Source: Chrysomallon squamiferum (taxonomy: Eukaryota > Animalia > Mollusca). Taken from it: a stretch of 64,000 nt of DNA. The notes beneath the pieces are model-generated. The model worked only from the letters and a program-made list of their open reading frames with translations, did not search any database and had not been told where the DNA came from. This document shows, in pieces, positions 1-15,610 of this stretch. Made by a program: the position numbers and the translations under genes. The DNA lies in assembly GCA_012295275.1 (NCBI GenBank), contig CM022676.1, positions 11,408,001 through 11,472,000 on the forward strand. Reading direction: 5' to 3'. Every line of letters begins with the position of its first letter. Position 1 is the first letter of the stretch.

Positions 1-515
1 ATAATATTCTAGAGTGTTAGTATGTTAGTGAATGTGTTAGAGAAAGAATAGTGAATAATATTCTAGAGTGTTAGTATGTTAGTGAATGTATTAGAGAAAG
101 AAGAGTGAATAATATTCTAGAGTGTTAGTATGTTAGTGAATGTGTTAGAGAAAGAATAGTGAATAATATTCTAGAGTGTTAGTATGTTAGTGAATGTGTT
201 AGAGAAAGAAGAGTGAATAATATTCTAGAGTGTTAGTATGTTAGTGAATGTGTTAGAGAAAGAAGAGTGAATAATATTCTAGTGTTAGTATGTTAGTGAA
301 TGTGTTAGAGAAAGAAGAGTGAATAATATTCTAGTGTTAATATGTTAGTGAATGTGTTAGAGAAAGAATAGTGAATAATATTCTAGAGTGTTAGTATGTT
401 AGTGAATGTGTTAGAGAAAGAAGAGTGAATAATATTCTAGAGTGTTAGTATGTCAGTGAATGTGTTAGAGAAAGAATAGTGAATAATATTCTAGAGTGTT
501 AGTATGTTAGAGAAA
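1..515. repeat. 54-bp minisatellite, ~9.5 copies (runs off left edge)
   Basis: Unit ATAATATTCTAGAGTGTTAGTATGTTAGTGAATGTGTTAGAGAAAGAATAGTGA recurs at 1, 55, 109 etc. with few substitutions. Confidence 0.95.
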
Positions 516-974
516 AGTGAAGTTGATGTGAGATTACACCAGCACAGAATCCTATACATTTGATACAGGAGTCACGTGATGTTTGATCATCTATAACAAG
601 ACTTTAAGCAGACGTCAAACCATTGCTGTTGGTTTCAATCTCCTTTAAAGAAATCAGTAAACTTATCTGCCAATCTAAACTACAAGACACAAGATGAAAC
701 ATGCGCCACATCTGTCCGTCTGGTGACTTCACACATTCTAAACGTGGATTGTCATGTGACTATTGGTGGACTAGTTCTACGGTTAGTTGTGGTATTCCAC
801 ACTCCATTGGAAAACCAAGTGTGGAAAAGTGTATTGCTAAATAATTAACAGCAACAAGTAGAACATCCCACACATGTGCATGGCGACATCTTAGAGATCA
901 CTGACCCGGGACTGTGAGATCATTACGGGTTGACTCTCACAAGACCATTGCGCAGTCAGCTTAGATGATTACAG

Positions 975-1610
975 CACGCTTCATGATAGTCTCCAGTCAG
1001 TCTACATGAAGGTCCACTCGATCGAATCTGCCCTGCTCCAGATACAGAATTTCAGCCTCTGGATAAAGTTTGTTTGACTGTGCTTGTTCTTCTCGACTGT
1101 GTTTGAAACTATCGACCCTGCCACATTACTGCGACGCCTTGAACATCACTTCAGTATCTCTGATAGACCACTGTCCTGGATGAATTCGTACTTCTCTGTT
1201 AGATATCAAACTGGTTCTTACTGGTGAACTGTCTGCACCTCTGCATAGAGAGTACCAGGTAGGGATTAGTTCTACGTCATGCGCATCAAACCACTTGGCA
1301 TCATGAAGACCATCAATTGCATGCTGACGACATACACCACCTACACCTGACACTGAAACCAAGAGACAACGTGATTCAACATGACACACTGGACTGTTCA
1401 GACGTGATTCAACATGACACACTGGACTGTTCAGACGTGATTCAACATGACACACTGGACTGTTCAGACGTGATTCAACATGACACACTGGACTGTTCAG
1501 AAAGCTGCATCACAGACATCGAGACCGGAATGCTTCGTCACAGGCTGAAACTGAATGCTGACAAAACCGAGCTGATAGTTTTCACAGCTAAACATACCTC
1601 AAAGGACACC
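975..1610 (+). mobile_element. Degenerate non-LTR retrotransposon (L2/CR1-type LINE) reverse transcriptase fragment
   Basis: Frameshifted translation gives LHDSLQSVYMKVHSIESALLQIQN...LDKVCLTVLVLLD...FETIDPATLLRRLEHHFSISDRPLSWMNSYFSVRYQT...HQLHADD (YADD-like)...CITDIETGMLRHRLKLNADKTELIVF, matching the LINE RT motif series (QSAY..HSTETAL, LLDLSAAFDTIDH, LKLN..KTE). Boundaries approximate. Confidence 0.85.
1369..1500 (+). repeat. 33-bp tandem repeat x4 inside the LINE relic
   Basis: ACGTGATTCAACATGACACACTGGACTGTTCAG x4; DVIQHDTLDCS repeats in ORF 1317..1664. Confidence 0.95.
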
Positions 1611-2161
1611 ATATCAGTTACTGTGGTGCAGTGGGTGAGACATCGTGGTGCTATGGCTATCTAGCATCAGTTGAAGCGTTGCTCAATTAATTATCTTAAA
1701 CACGTTTCAAATTTGACTCTTATCTTTGCTACCATTTTAACATATTCACCATTATGTTAACATTATTTAACTGTTTGTATCCATGAACTTTTCTATTTTA
1801 CTTTATTAGTTTACCCTGGAACTTTAGTATGGAACACATAAAAACTATATAAATATGGTATAATAATAATAATAATAACAACAACAACAACAACAATAAT
1901 AATAATTTATTATATATATATTAATTGTACTCTATTATTGTTTAACTTCGTGACAACCTGAATTCTCATGACGATGAAACTGTTGTTGCTTGCCATTGTT
2001 TATCAAAGTCGTTGTAGTTCGTTCCACACGTAGAACAGATCAGACTTGTATCACTAAAACTTATCTCTTTGACAGGTTACTAAACATGAACGTGTCAATG
2101 AAAATTTAACAATTTGTTGATAGACTAACCACTTTTCTGTGTCAGCTTCAGTGAAACCAAC

Positions 2162-2277
<116 letters not shown>

Positions 2278-3251
2278 AGTTTCGTCAGTTGATCTGGAAG
2301 AAGTAAAAGGGTGCAATGATCGATTGATTCTGATACAAAGATCTGGAAACGGAGACCAAAATAAACTGATTGAATTTATTTTTCAGGGCACGAAACAACA
2401 GAAAACCAATTAAACAATTTACGAGTTTATGTTCCCGAAAGAATTTTGTGAATTTATAATGAAAGACAAAAATAGAAAAAAACTGAGATGATTAAGAAGA
2501 GATCAATAAACCATGTAGGTAAAGATGAAACAAGCTTACGTCTGTTTTCTTGTGTTAAAATCTCATTAACATTTACTATGTGCAAGTCTGTCTCAGTGTT
2601 TGTGGGTCTGTTAATGTATGTGTACGTATGTTATGTATGTATATAAGTGTGACAGAATATTCTGCTGTATTAAGTCCGTCTGATTAACAAAACAAACATC
2701 AGATACCACTGACGAGATTCGAACCTGTTTATGTATGTATGTATATATGTACGTATGTATAGGTGTATGTATGGATGGATGGATGGATGGATGGATGGAT
2801 GGATGTACGAACACAGATATATATATATAGATACATATATAAAATATATTTATATATACCTCCCCCACACAGACACATACACACACATACACACACATAC
2901 ACTTTCACACAGACAGACAGACAGACAGACATACACATTATACTGAAGTACGTGATATTGAACTGGTGACTAGATCTGTCTATTCGTGAATGTCTAAACT
3001 TGCTATTTATTGTCTAAATCATATCTGAGTTAACAGTCGTCTATGTCATAATATATTCATTTTCATGAATGACAGTGTTGTTTTCATGATTTCATGACAG
3101 TACTATTTTCATGAATCATTTTCTGACAATATGGTTTTCATGAATGTTTCAGTTAATCAAATCATGACAGACTTCGTGATTATCTTAACTTCTAACTATT
3201 TCATGACAGCGTTTATACAGTGTCATGGTAAAGTGATAAAGTGACAACTGA

Positions 3252-4012
3252 TTTCATACACTTCATGATACATTCATGACTGAGTTCATACTTTCATGAT
3301 ACATTCACGACTAACTTCACACTTCATGATACATTCATGACTGAGTTCATACTTTCATGATACATTCACGACTAAGTTCACACTTTCATGATACATTCAT
3401 GACTAAGTTCACACTTTCATGAAACATTCATGACTGAGTTCATACTTTCATGATACATTCATGACTAAGTTCATACTTTCATGATACATTCATGACTAAG
3501 TTCATACTTTCATGATACATTCATGACTGAGTTCATACTTTCATGATACATTCATGACTAAGTTCATACTTTCATGATACATTCATGACTAAGTTCATAC
3601 TTTCATGATACATTCATGACTAAGTTCATACTTTCATGATACATTCATGACTAAGTTCATACTTTCATGATACATTCATGACTAAGTTCATACTTTCATG
3701 ATACATTCACGACTAAGTTCATACTTTCATGATACATTCATGACTAAGTTCATACTTTCATGAAACATTCATGACTGAGTTCATACTTTCATGATACATT
3801 CATGACTGAGTTCATACTTTCATGAAACATTCATGACTAAGTTCATACTTTCATGATACATTCATGACTAAGTTCATACTTTCATGATACATTCATGTCT
3901 AAGTTCATACTTTCATGATACATTCATGACTAAGTTCATACTTTCATGAAACATTCATGACTGAGTTCATACTTTCATGATACATTCATGTCTAAGTTCA
4001 TACTTTCATGAC
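3252..4012. repeat. 31-bp minisatellite, ~24 copies, immediately 3' of the fibrinogen-domain gene stop codon
   Basis: Unit GTTCATACTTTCATGATACATTCATGACTAA, near-perfect copies. Confidence 0.95.
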
Positions 4013-4017
4013 TGAAC

Positions 4018-7815
<3,798 letters not shown>

Positions 7816-8617
7816 TTTAAAATTTCTTAAATCCAACAGAATAAACTTATGTGTGTTCAAATTTTCATTTACTGTAATTGTTTTTGTTTTTTTTTCTTTC
7901 CTTTCTTTTCTTTCGTTATATATATATATATATATATTTTTTTTTTTAGTTTTAGTTAGTTAGTAGTTGTTTATGTGCTTGTTTTCTATTGTTTTCAAAA
8001 CAGCTTAAACTCCCAGGGTTCTATGTCATCACTTTCTCCTGATTAAAAAAAAACAAAAAAAAAACACTGAATGAACCGGTGGTAGAATTCAAACAAAGAC
8101 GAAGAAGTAATTCAAACAGACCTGAGAAGTGATGTTAGACACGTTAATAAATACCAACTGCTCAACTCATCACAATATTATCTCTCTGTATGTCTTTGTG
8201 ATTCGGGTATTCCTTCTAAAATCAGTAATTATCGCTTCCCACTTTTATTCTCTACTTTCCGTGTTCATTGTCGTTACTGCTATACATTTTGTTTCCCCTC
8301 CAGATCGTTACCAGGCTTGTGTTGGTATTCGATGAAGTGTAAGGATTCACAAAGGATTCGCTGTCTGGAACACGACGATTCACATCTCACTTATAGCAGA
8401 CACTGTTCTGTTTACAAGGCAATCGAAACACGTAAAAGGAAAAGAAATAAGAACAATTCAGACATTTTCTTCATTGGGCAATAAAAATCATTAATTTCTT
8501 TTCTCCACTGAAATGTCTTTTTTTTAAATAATTAATAGTTTAGTATTTTGTCTCTCCGCAGTTGCTGCCGTTTTCATTTGTTCTGTGTTTGTACTTACTG
8601 CCCAGAAAATAGTAAAA

Positions 8618-8930
8618 TGCTGTATTTCATTGATGTGTATGTTCTAGACTAAACACTTACAGTACAAAACGTAACAAAAAGCTGTATTTCATTGATGTGT
8701 ATGTACTAAAGTAAAAATTTACAGTACAAAACATATGTAATAAAATGTTGTATTTCGTTGGTGTGTATGTTCTAAAGTTAAAAACTTACAGTACAAAACA
8801 TATGTAATAAAATGTTCTATTTCATTGATGTGTATGATCTAAAGTTAAAAACTTACAGTACAAAACATAAGTAATTAAATGTTGTATTTCGTTGATGTCT
8901 GTGTTCTAGACTAGAAACGTACAGTACAAA
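8618..8930. repeat. ~62-67-bp tandem repeat x5
   Basis: TGTATTTCATTGATGTGTATGTTCTA...ACTTACAGTACAAAAC recurs five times. Confidence 0.85.
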
Positions 8931-9558
8931 ATAACAATGTTTACATCACTTTACAGACATAGTGATATAACAATGTTTACATCACTTTACATAGTGATAT
9001 AATAATGTTTACATCACTTTACAGACATAGTGATATAACAATGTTTACATCACTTTACAGACATAGTGATATAACAATGTTGACATCACTTTACAGACAT
9101 GGTGATATAACAATGTTTACGTCACTTTACAGACATGGTGATATAACAATGTTTACATCACTTTACAGACATAGTGATATAACAATGTTGACATCACTTT
9201 ACAGACATAGTGATATAACAATGTTTACATCACTTTACAGACATGGTGATATAACAATGTTTACGTCACTTTACATAGTTATATAACAATGTTTACGTCA
9301 CTTTACAGAGTGATATAACAACGTTTACGTCATTTTAGAGACAGTGATATAACAATGTTTACGTCACTTTACAGAGTGATATAACAACGTTTACGTCACT
9401 TTACAGAGTGATATAACAACGTTTACGTCATTTTACAGACAGAGTGATATAACAACGTTTACGTCATTTTACAGACAGAGTGATATAACAATGTTTACGT
9501 CACTTTACAGAGTGATATAACAATGTTTACGTCATTTTACAGACATAGTGATATAACA
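8931..9558. repeat. 33-36-bp minisatellite, ~18 copies, whose last copy is the final codons and stop of the Ig-lectin gene
   Basis: Unit ACAGACATAGTGATATAACAATGTTTACATCACTTT; on - strand the gene-proximal copy reads TTA TAT CAC TAT GTC TGT AAA ATG ACG TAA. Confidence 0.93.
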
Positions 9559-10288
9559 TGTTGTAATATTTAGCTGCCCAGCCCCAGCTGAAGAAAGGTG
9601 TGTATAATCCTGGCTTTACCATGGCTACTCTGTACTGCCCCTCAGGGGCGTGGTGGTACAAGCCAAACCCCCAGTTGCTGTAGCGCAGTGGGGACCTGTC
9701 CACCCACTCCCACGTCCCCAGTGAGGGGAAGCCACCTATCCAGTATGCCTCTCCATTGAAGAAAACTGAAACACAAGTTATTATTTTCAGTAGTCACATG
9801 CACTTCTGTGTTTTAGTACTACTACTATTACAACAATATCCAGTATGCCTCTCCATTGAAGAAAACTGAAACACAAGTTATTATTTTCAGTAGTCACATA
9901 CAGATGTGTGTTTTAGTGCTACTACTATTACAACAATATCCAGTATGCTTCTCCATTGAAGAAAACTGTTTTAGTACTACTACTATTACAACAATATCTA
10001 CATGTATTAGTACTTTTACTTCAACATCTATTACATCTTCTACTGTTATAATGTTTAACATTTTCACTTATTACACAAATTATTCATTAATATTATTTTA
10101 ATTTCTATTTCTTTTTGTACTGCTACTATTTCTACTCCTAATGATCCACTGCTATTACTACTACTACTACTACTATCATAATTATATTACCACTGCAACT
10201 ACATACATTTTTAAAAGTGCTGAAATAATCTTACATATTACTTTAAAAATTGACATGACTGTATTTGTTTTGTATTGTGTATTTTTGA

Positions 10289-10351
<63 letters not shown>

Positions 10352-11147
10352 ATTAATTAATTAATTAATTAACTAATTAAAAATAAATAAAAATTCATTC
10401 ATTGACTCATTTGTTTGTTCATTAATTAATTAATTAATTAATAATATTAATGAACTGACCATTGACATCTTTGATGTAACTGAGAATAAACTCCTCTTCT
10501 TCAGCACTGGTGATGGAGGTCAGGTTTCCACGGTTACGCTGGCAATATTTCTTTGCCTGCACCCAGTTCATCTTCTCAGGGGGGATAAAATAGCAGAATT
10601 TCCCCCCATATCCTAACTTATCTATACATCCTGAATAAAAACACAAATATTTCATGCGAGTGTCTGTGTGTTTGTTAGTGTGTATATAGTAATGTAACAT
10701 ATCCTAACTTATCTATACATCTTGCATAAAAACACAAATATTTCATGTGAGTGTCTGTGTGTTTGTTAGTGTGTATATAGTAATGTAACATATCCTAACT
10801 TATCTGTACATCTTGCATAAAAACACAAATATTTCATGTGAGTGTCTGTGTGTTTGTTAGTGTGTATATAGTAATGTAACATATCCTAACTTATCTGACA
10901 TCCTGAATAAAAACACAAATATTTCATGTGAGTGTCTGTGTGTTTGTTAGTGTGTATATAGTAATGTAACATATCCTAACTTATCTATACATCTTGCATA
11001 AAAACAGAAGTATTTTACATGTCATGTGACTATATGTGTGTTTGTGTGTCTGTGTGTTTTTATTTGTGTGTGTAGTAATTTAATATATCCTAACTTGTTT
11101 GTACATAGAAACCCAAGTATTTTTACATATAATGTTATATTTACATA

Positions 11148-11179
<32 letters not shown>

Positions 11180-12863
11180 CAGTGTGTATTTTTGGTATAT
11201 ATTGACATAATGTACATTTGTGTGTGTGTGTGTGTGTGTGTGTGTGGATGTGTGTGAGTGTGTTTATGTTTGTATAGATATTTGTGTTTTTGTGCATATA
11301 TGTCAATGTAAGTGTATATGTGTGTATGTATATATTTAAATATGGTTATTATACTTTGTAATTTTATTTAGCTAAATATATTTGTTTATTAATCACACAC
11401 ACACACAGAAACATTTAAACAGACACACAGACACATAGAGACACAGAAACAAACACACACACACACAGAGCAGTGTAACCAATATTATCTGAGTGAAGTC
11501 ATTGCCTTAAAAAACAACAATGCTGAATTTTTTGGTGAATATTTCATCATGAATATGAAATCAATCACCAATGTTTTCATGTTTTTGGACAAAAACAAAA
11601 TGAATACAAGTTCACATAATCTGATCATTAAAAAAGGGATATACCTGCAGACAACATATGCTGAGACTTACTTTTAACAATGAGAGAGAAGTGATTGCTT
11701 CTCATGTTTTCTCTGTACAGTCTGCACCTCCAGCTTCTAGAATCTTCCTGCCTGGCTTCTCTGATGGTCAGTGTGTACATCTTCATCAGAGACTTGGTCC
11801 TGTTTGTCCCCATCCCACATGACAGGTTGTAGCCAGGCGGGGCCTGGTTAAAAACTCTGCAAGACCCGTCCACCTGGGCCAGTGAGCCGAACTTCTGCAC
11901 GGATCCTGCTACAGTTCTCTTTTCAAACATGACGAGATCAGGAAACCTGATCCCTCTCACCAAACACATCAGCTGAAAACTTTGATTTTCCTGACAGCCA
12001 AACGAGTAACCTACCAGAACTACTGGTAACACTGCAAATATCAGTCTTCATTAATTTAAATATTTTGATTTATTTATTTGTTTATTTATTAATAACATCT
12101 GCTGTTATTATTACTACTACTAGTACTATCACTACTACTACTACTACTGTTATTGTTACTACTACTATACTCACTACTATTATTATTATTATTTCCTGTT
12201 AATTTTCAAATTAGAAAAAATAAGTAATAATAATAAGAATATTTAAAAAATAAAAATAAAAATAGCAGATATCAACATTTCAATATAGTTTTGTTTTTCA
12301 TTCTATTTTAAAAGAAACAGATAGGTGGTGGTTTTTCTTATTTGTTGCTGTTGTTCTTCTTCTTCTTTGTCTTCTTCTTATTATTTATTTATTTATTTGT
12401 ATGTTTGTTTGTTTATTAATTATTATTGGTAAAGCAATTATAGTTAAAATAATTGGGTTAGTTAATGCACTCAGAAATTCAGAAGAGAACTAGAAGGTAA
12501 AATATTAGATAAATAAATTGATTGTTGTCATTTTGAAGTTTAGTTAAAGTAAAACAATTTTAAAATAAAATCTATAAATAACAATGATTTTGTAGGATAT
12601 TATGTAATAATAATGTTTGTTTTTATAGTTGATGTTGTTCTTATTACAGTTACTATTGTTTTTTACTACTATTATGTTATTACTGTGTTATTGTTATTGC
12701 TTCTATTATTGCTATTGTTGTGTTAATGTTATTATTGTTACAGTATTATTGTTACTGTTGTTGTTTAATATTGTTATAATTATTTTTATTATGTTGACTT
12801 ACTGTTGAAGTATGCATCACCAGCTTTGAGCAAACCAAGCAGAAGAAAACCAAAAAACTTCAT
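9527..12863 (-). CDS. Secreted immunoglobulin-domain + C-type lectin-domain protein (CREP-like), ~276 aa, 4 coding exons
   Basis: Exons complement(12803-12863, 11672-12031, 10460-10630, 9527-9765), all phase-1 GT-AG introns. Signal MKFFGFLLLGLLKAGDA; Ig: FQLMC...YTLTIREARQEDSRSWRC; CTLD: CYF..MNWVQAKKYCQRNRGNLTSITSAEEEEFI, YWIGG, WEWVDRSPLRYSNW, terminal YVCK. Probable upstream non-coding exon ending at 13214 (GTAAGT donor) with acceptor at 12872-12873. Confidence 0.88.
10608..11100. repeat. 91-bp tandem repeat x5 plus partial, overlapping the lectin exon splice acceptor
   Basis: ATATCCTAACTTATCTATACATC...AAAAACACAAATATTTCATG...GTAATGTAAC starts at 10608, 10699, 10790, 10881, 10971. Confidence 0.93.
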
Positions 12864-13509
12864 ATTTGAAACTTAAAAGAAAGAAAGAAAAAAGTAATAT
12901 ATAGTTATTCAGATATAGTTTTTAAAATAATTCCACATGGTTATTATTATTTTTTTAATATATATTTTATAATATTCATCTCATGCAAATGATACATGGT
13001 TTAACTGTCAATATTAATATGTTTTTAATTTATAATTTATATTTTAATATTATTGTTAAAAATAGGGGTTTTTTTTGTGTGATTTACTAATATCAGATTT
13101 ATAATATAATAAGACATATTATCTAATACAAGTACTATTATTTAATAATGATAATGGTGGTAATAGATTCATTTCATTCATTCAGAAATATTATTTTTAT
13201 TATTTTTACTTACGCTTTGAAGTATTAGGTTTCTGTACTCAGTGCCCAAAGAGTTTGTCTCGTCTGTTTTTAAATATAATAATTATAAAATTATTAATAT
13301 TGATGATGATGTTAAATATGAAGTAAATCTGACATACTGTCATAAAGCAACAATAAAATAAATGACTTTTGATTTCTAATTATGTCGTCTGAAAACTTTC
13401 GTGTTATTGGCGGAAGTTTACGTAAAGTCACGAGAATTCTCGATATTATATATAACATACAGTCGTCTATTTTTCTTTTTTTCTCTCTCCCTTTTTCTGT
13501 TAATTTTAT

Positions 13510-13577
<68 letters not shown>

Positions 13578-13990
13578 AAATTCCCCACATATATAATTAA
13601 TCTGAAATCAGTACGTTATTTGTTTGCATGCATAAAAAAATAAAGTCGAATTGGCTGTGTTAAAATTGTACCAATACTGACATTATTTTTCACTTTCTCC
13701 GAATTTAGTAAACATATTTTTAGTACAAGAGTGTGTGTCATCATAAATATTATTTGTAACGGACTCGTATATTTTGAAACTGGTTTTTCCATTTCAGAAG
13801 CAGACGGCTCAAAGAAGTTTCCCTCCCTGTTTAATCATTTATCTACATTCATCAGTAAGTTGGTTCTGACAACTAACTCATTTTAATAATTCATTATTTA
13901 GTTACTGTTGGCACTTCTCTAAATCTGTTTTTAATCTGAGATGTTTGATTCGGACTGATGCTGTTAATTGTCGATTAGTTCGTCTGCTTT

Positions 13991-14024
<34 letters not shown>

Positions 14025-14377
14025 CACGTCTGCAGCGCGCTTAATTCCTCAGCCTCCATATAGTTTCGAAAAACTAAGTAAAAGTGCGACGTGTTTCAGT
14101 GGCTGATCTCAACTTATGTCAAGAAAAGGGTTTAGAAATAAATAAATTTTAGTGTATCTTGATATATTATTCTAATAAATGTTATTCGAAATATCGCGGT
14201 TACACTATGAAAAGTAGTTTATCGAAACTAGCTCTTCTGTATGGGAGATACGTTATTCAACGCATGTGATAGAATAACAATGAATATGGTTGATAAAATA
14301 TGACTGTTAAAAAACTGATTTAAGCATGTTTATTGTCTTTAACTTCGATGCACAAAAATAACTAGAGTACCACAAAC

Positions 14378-14572
14378 ATGGTCAGTTTATCTGATGAATC
14401 CAGGCGACTTGGGGTGAGTGGCATTCTTTTCAAACCGACCGATATTTAAATACTTTGAAAATTCATGGGGAGGAAGTACTTAGAGTTAGAGGTTTTTATT
14501 TACATTTAACTTCCGGCTCTCATTAAAAATGAGTTAATCTGCTAATGTTGGTAATTTAGACGTTTGATACTA

Positions 14573-14630
<58 letters not shown>

Positions 14631-15557
14631 TATGCCTGTTAAAAGTAAACAACAAATGTTGTCAGAAAATATATAATAAAATAAGTAATAATTATTTAAA
14701 ATAGAGAAATGTTTAAATAGTTAAGAAACTAAACGTAGTATTAAATAAATTTAGAAAACCATAATCGTTTATTCAGAAATTATTTAATGATATCATTACG
14801 CTTGTGGAATTTTTTATGTCAAATGCAAATGGAACAGAAATACATTTACAGTTTTATTTTTTACTTATGTTCTTGTTTCAGCATATGCCAGAATGATTCT
14901 TGTTTAATAATTTCTGTTATATGGCAAACTGAAAATTATGTTTTGTATGTATACTTTAATGTCAGAGTTTTAAAAAGTAATATATGATATTTCAAATTTA
15001 AAACATGAAATAATTTATGAAATCATTAAAATAATAATAATAATAATAAAATGAATATAGTAATAATAGTAACAACAATAATAAAAACTTTAAAAAAGAA
15101 AGAAAAATAAACTTTGTGTATTGTCATGGTTTGGCAATGGCAAAATATTATAAAATTTTCAAATTAATTCTTTTTTTTTTTTTTTTTTTTTTTTTACCTT
15201 AATACAAAATGTATTTTATATTTGCTTTTAAATGATTGTTAACAGCTATAAATGTTATGAGTTGTTCAGAAATTCTATAGAAATGTTTATCTCTTTTTTT
15301 TAAATTTTATTTTTGCTTTCAGTTGTGATTATAGTTTCTTGGCTAAAAACATGTTTTTCTTCATGGTCTCAGTCTGTGTAGTAGTTGTGTCTTACTATAA
15401 AAGCTTGAAGCATTACTCAATATTTATATTATTAAGATGATAATGAAGATGAAGATTATTATTAAAGTTATCAATATTTTTTTACTATTATTAGTAGTAG
15501 TTGTAGTAGCAGTAATATTAATATTAGTTTATAATTATTATTATTATTATTATTATA

Positions 15558-15610
<53 letters not shown>

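Noticed and set aside
1126-1488. 120-aa minus-strand ORF
   Set aside because: Antisense shadow of the LINE relic and its 33-bp repeat.
3252-4012. CRISPR-like array (also considered for 8931-9558, 30820-31516)
   Set aside because: Head-to-tail units with no unique spacers, no cas genes, eukaryotic context.
14021-14032. CLEAR/TFEB element for lysosomal TMEM192
   Set aside because: GTCACGTCTG lacks the CACGTG core.
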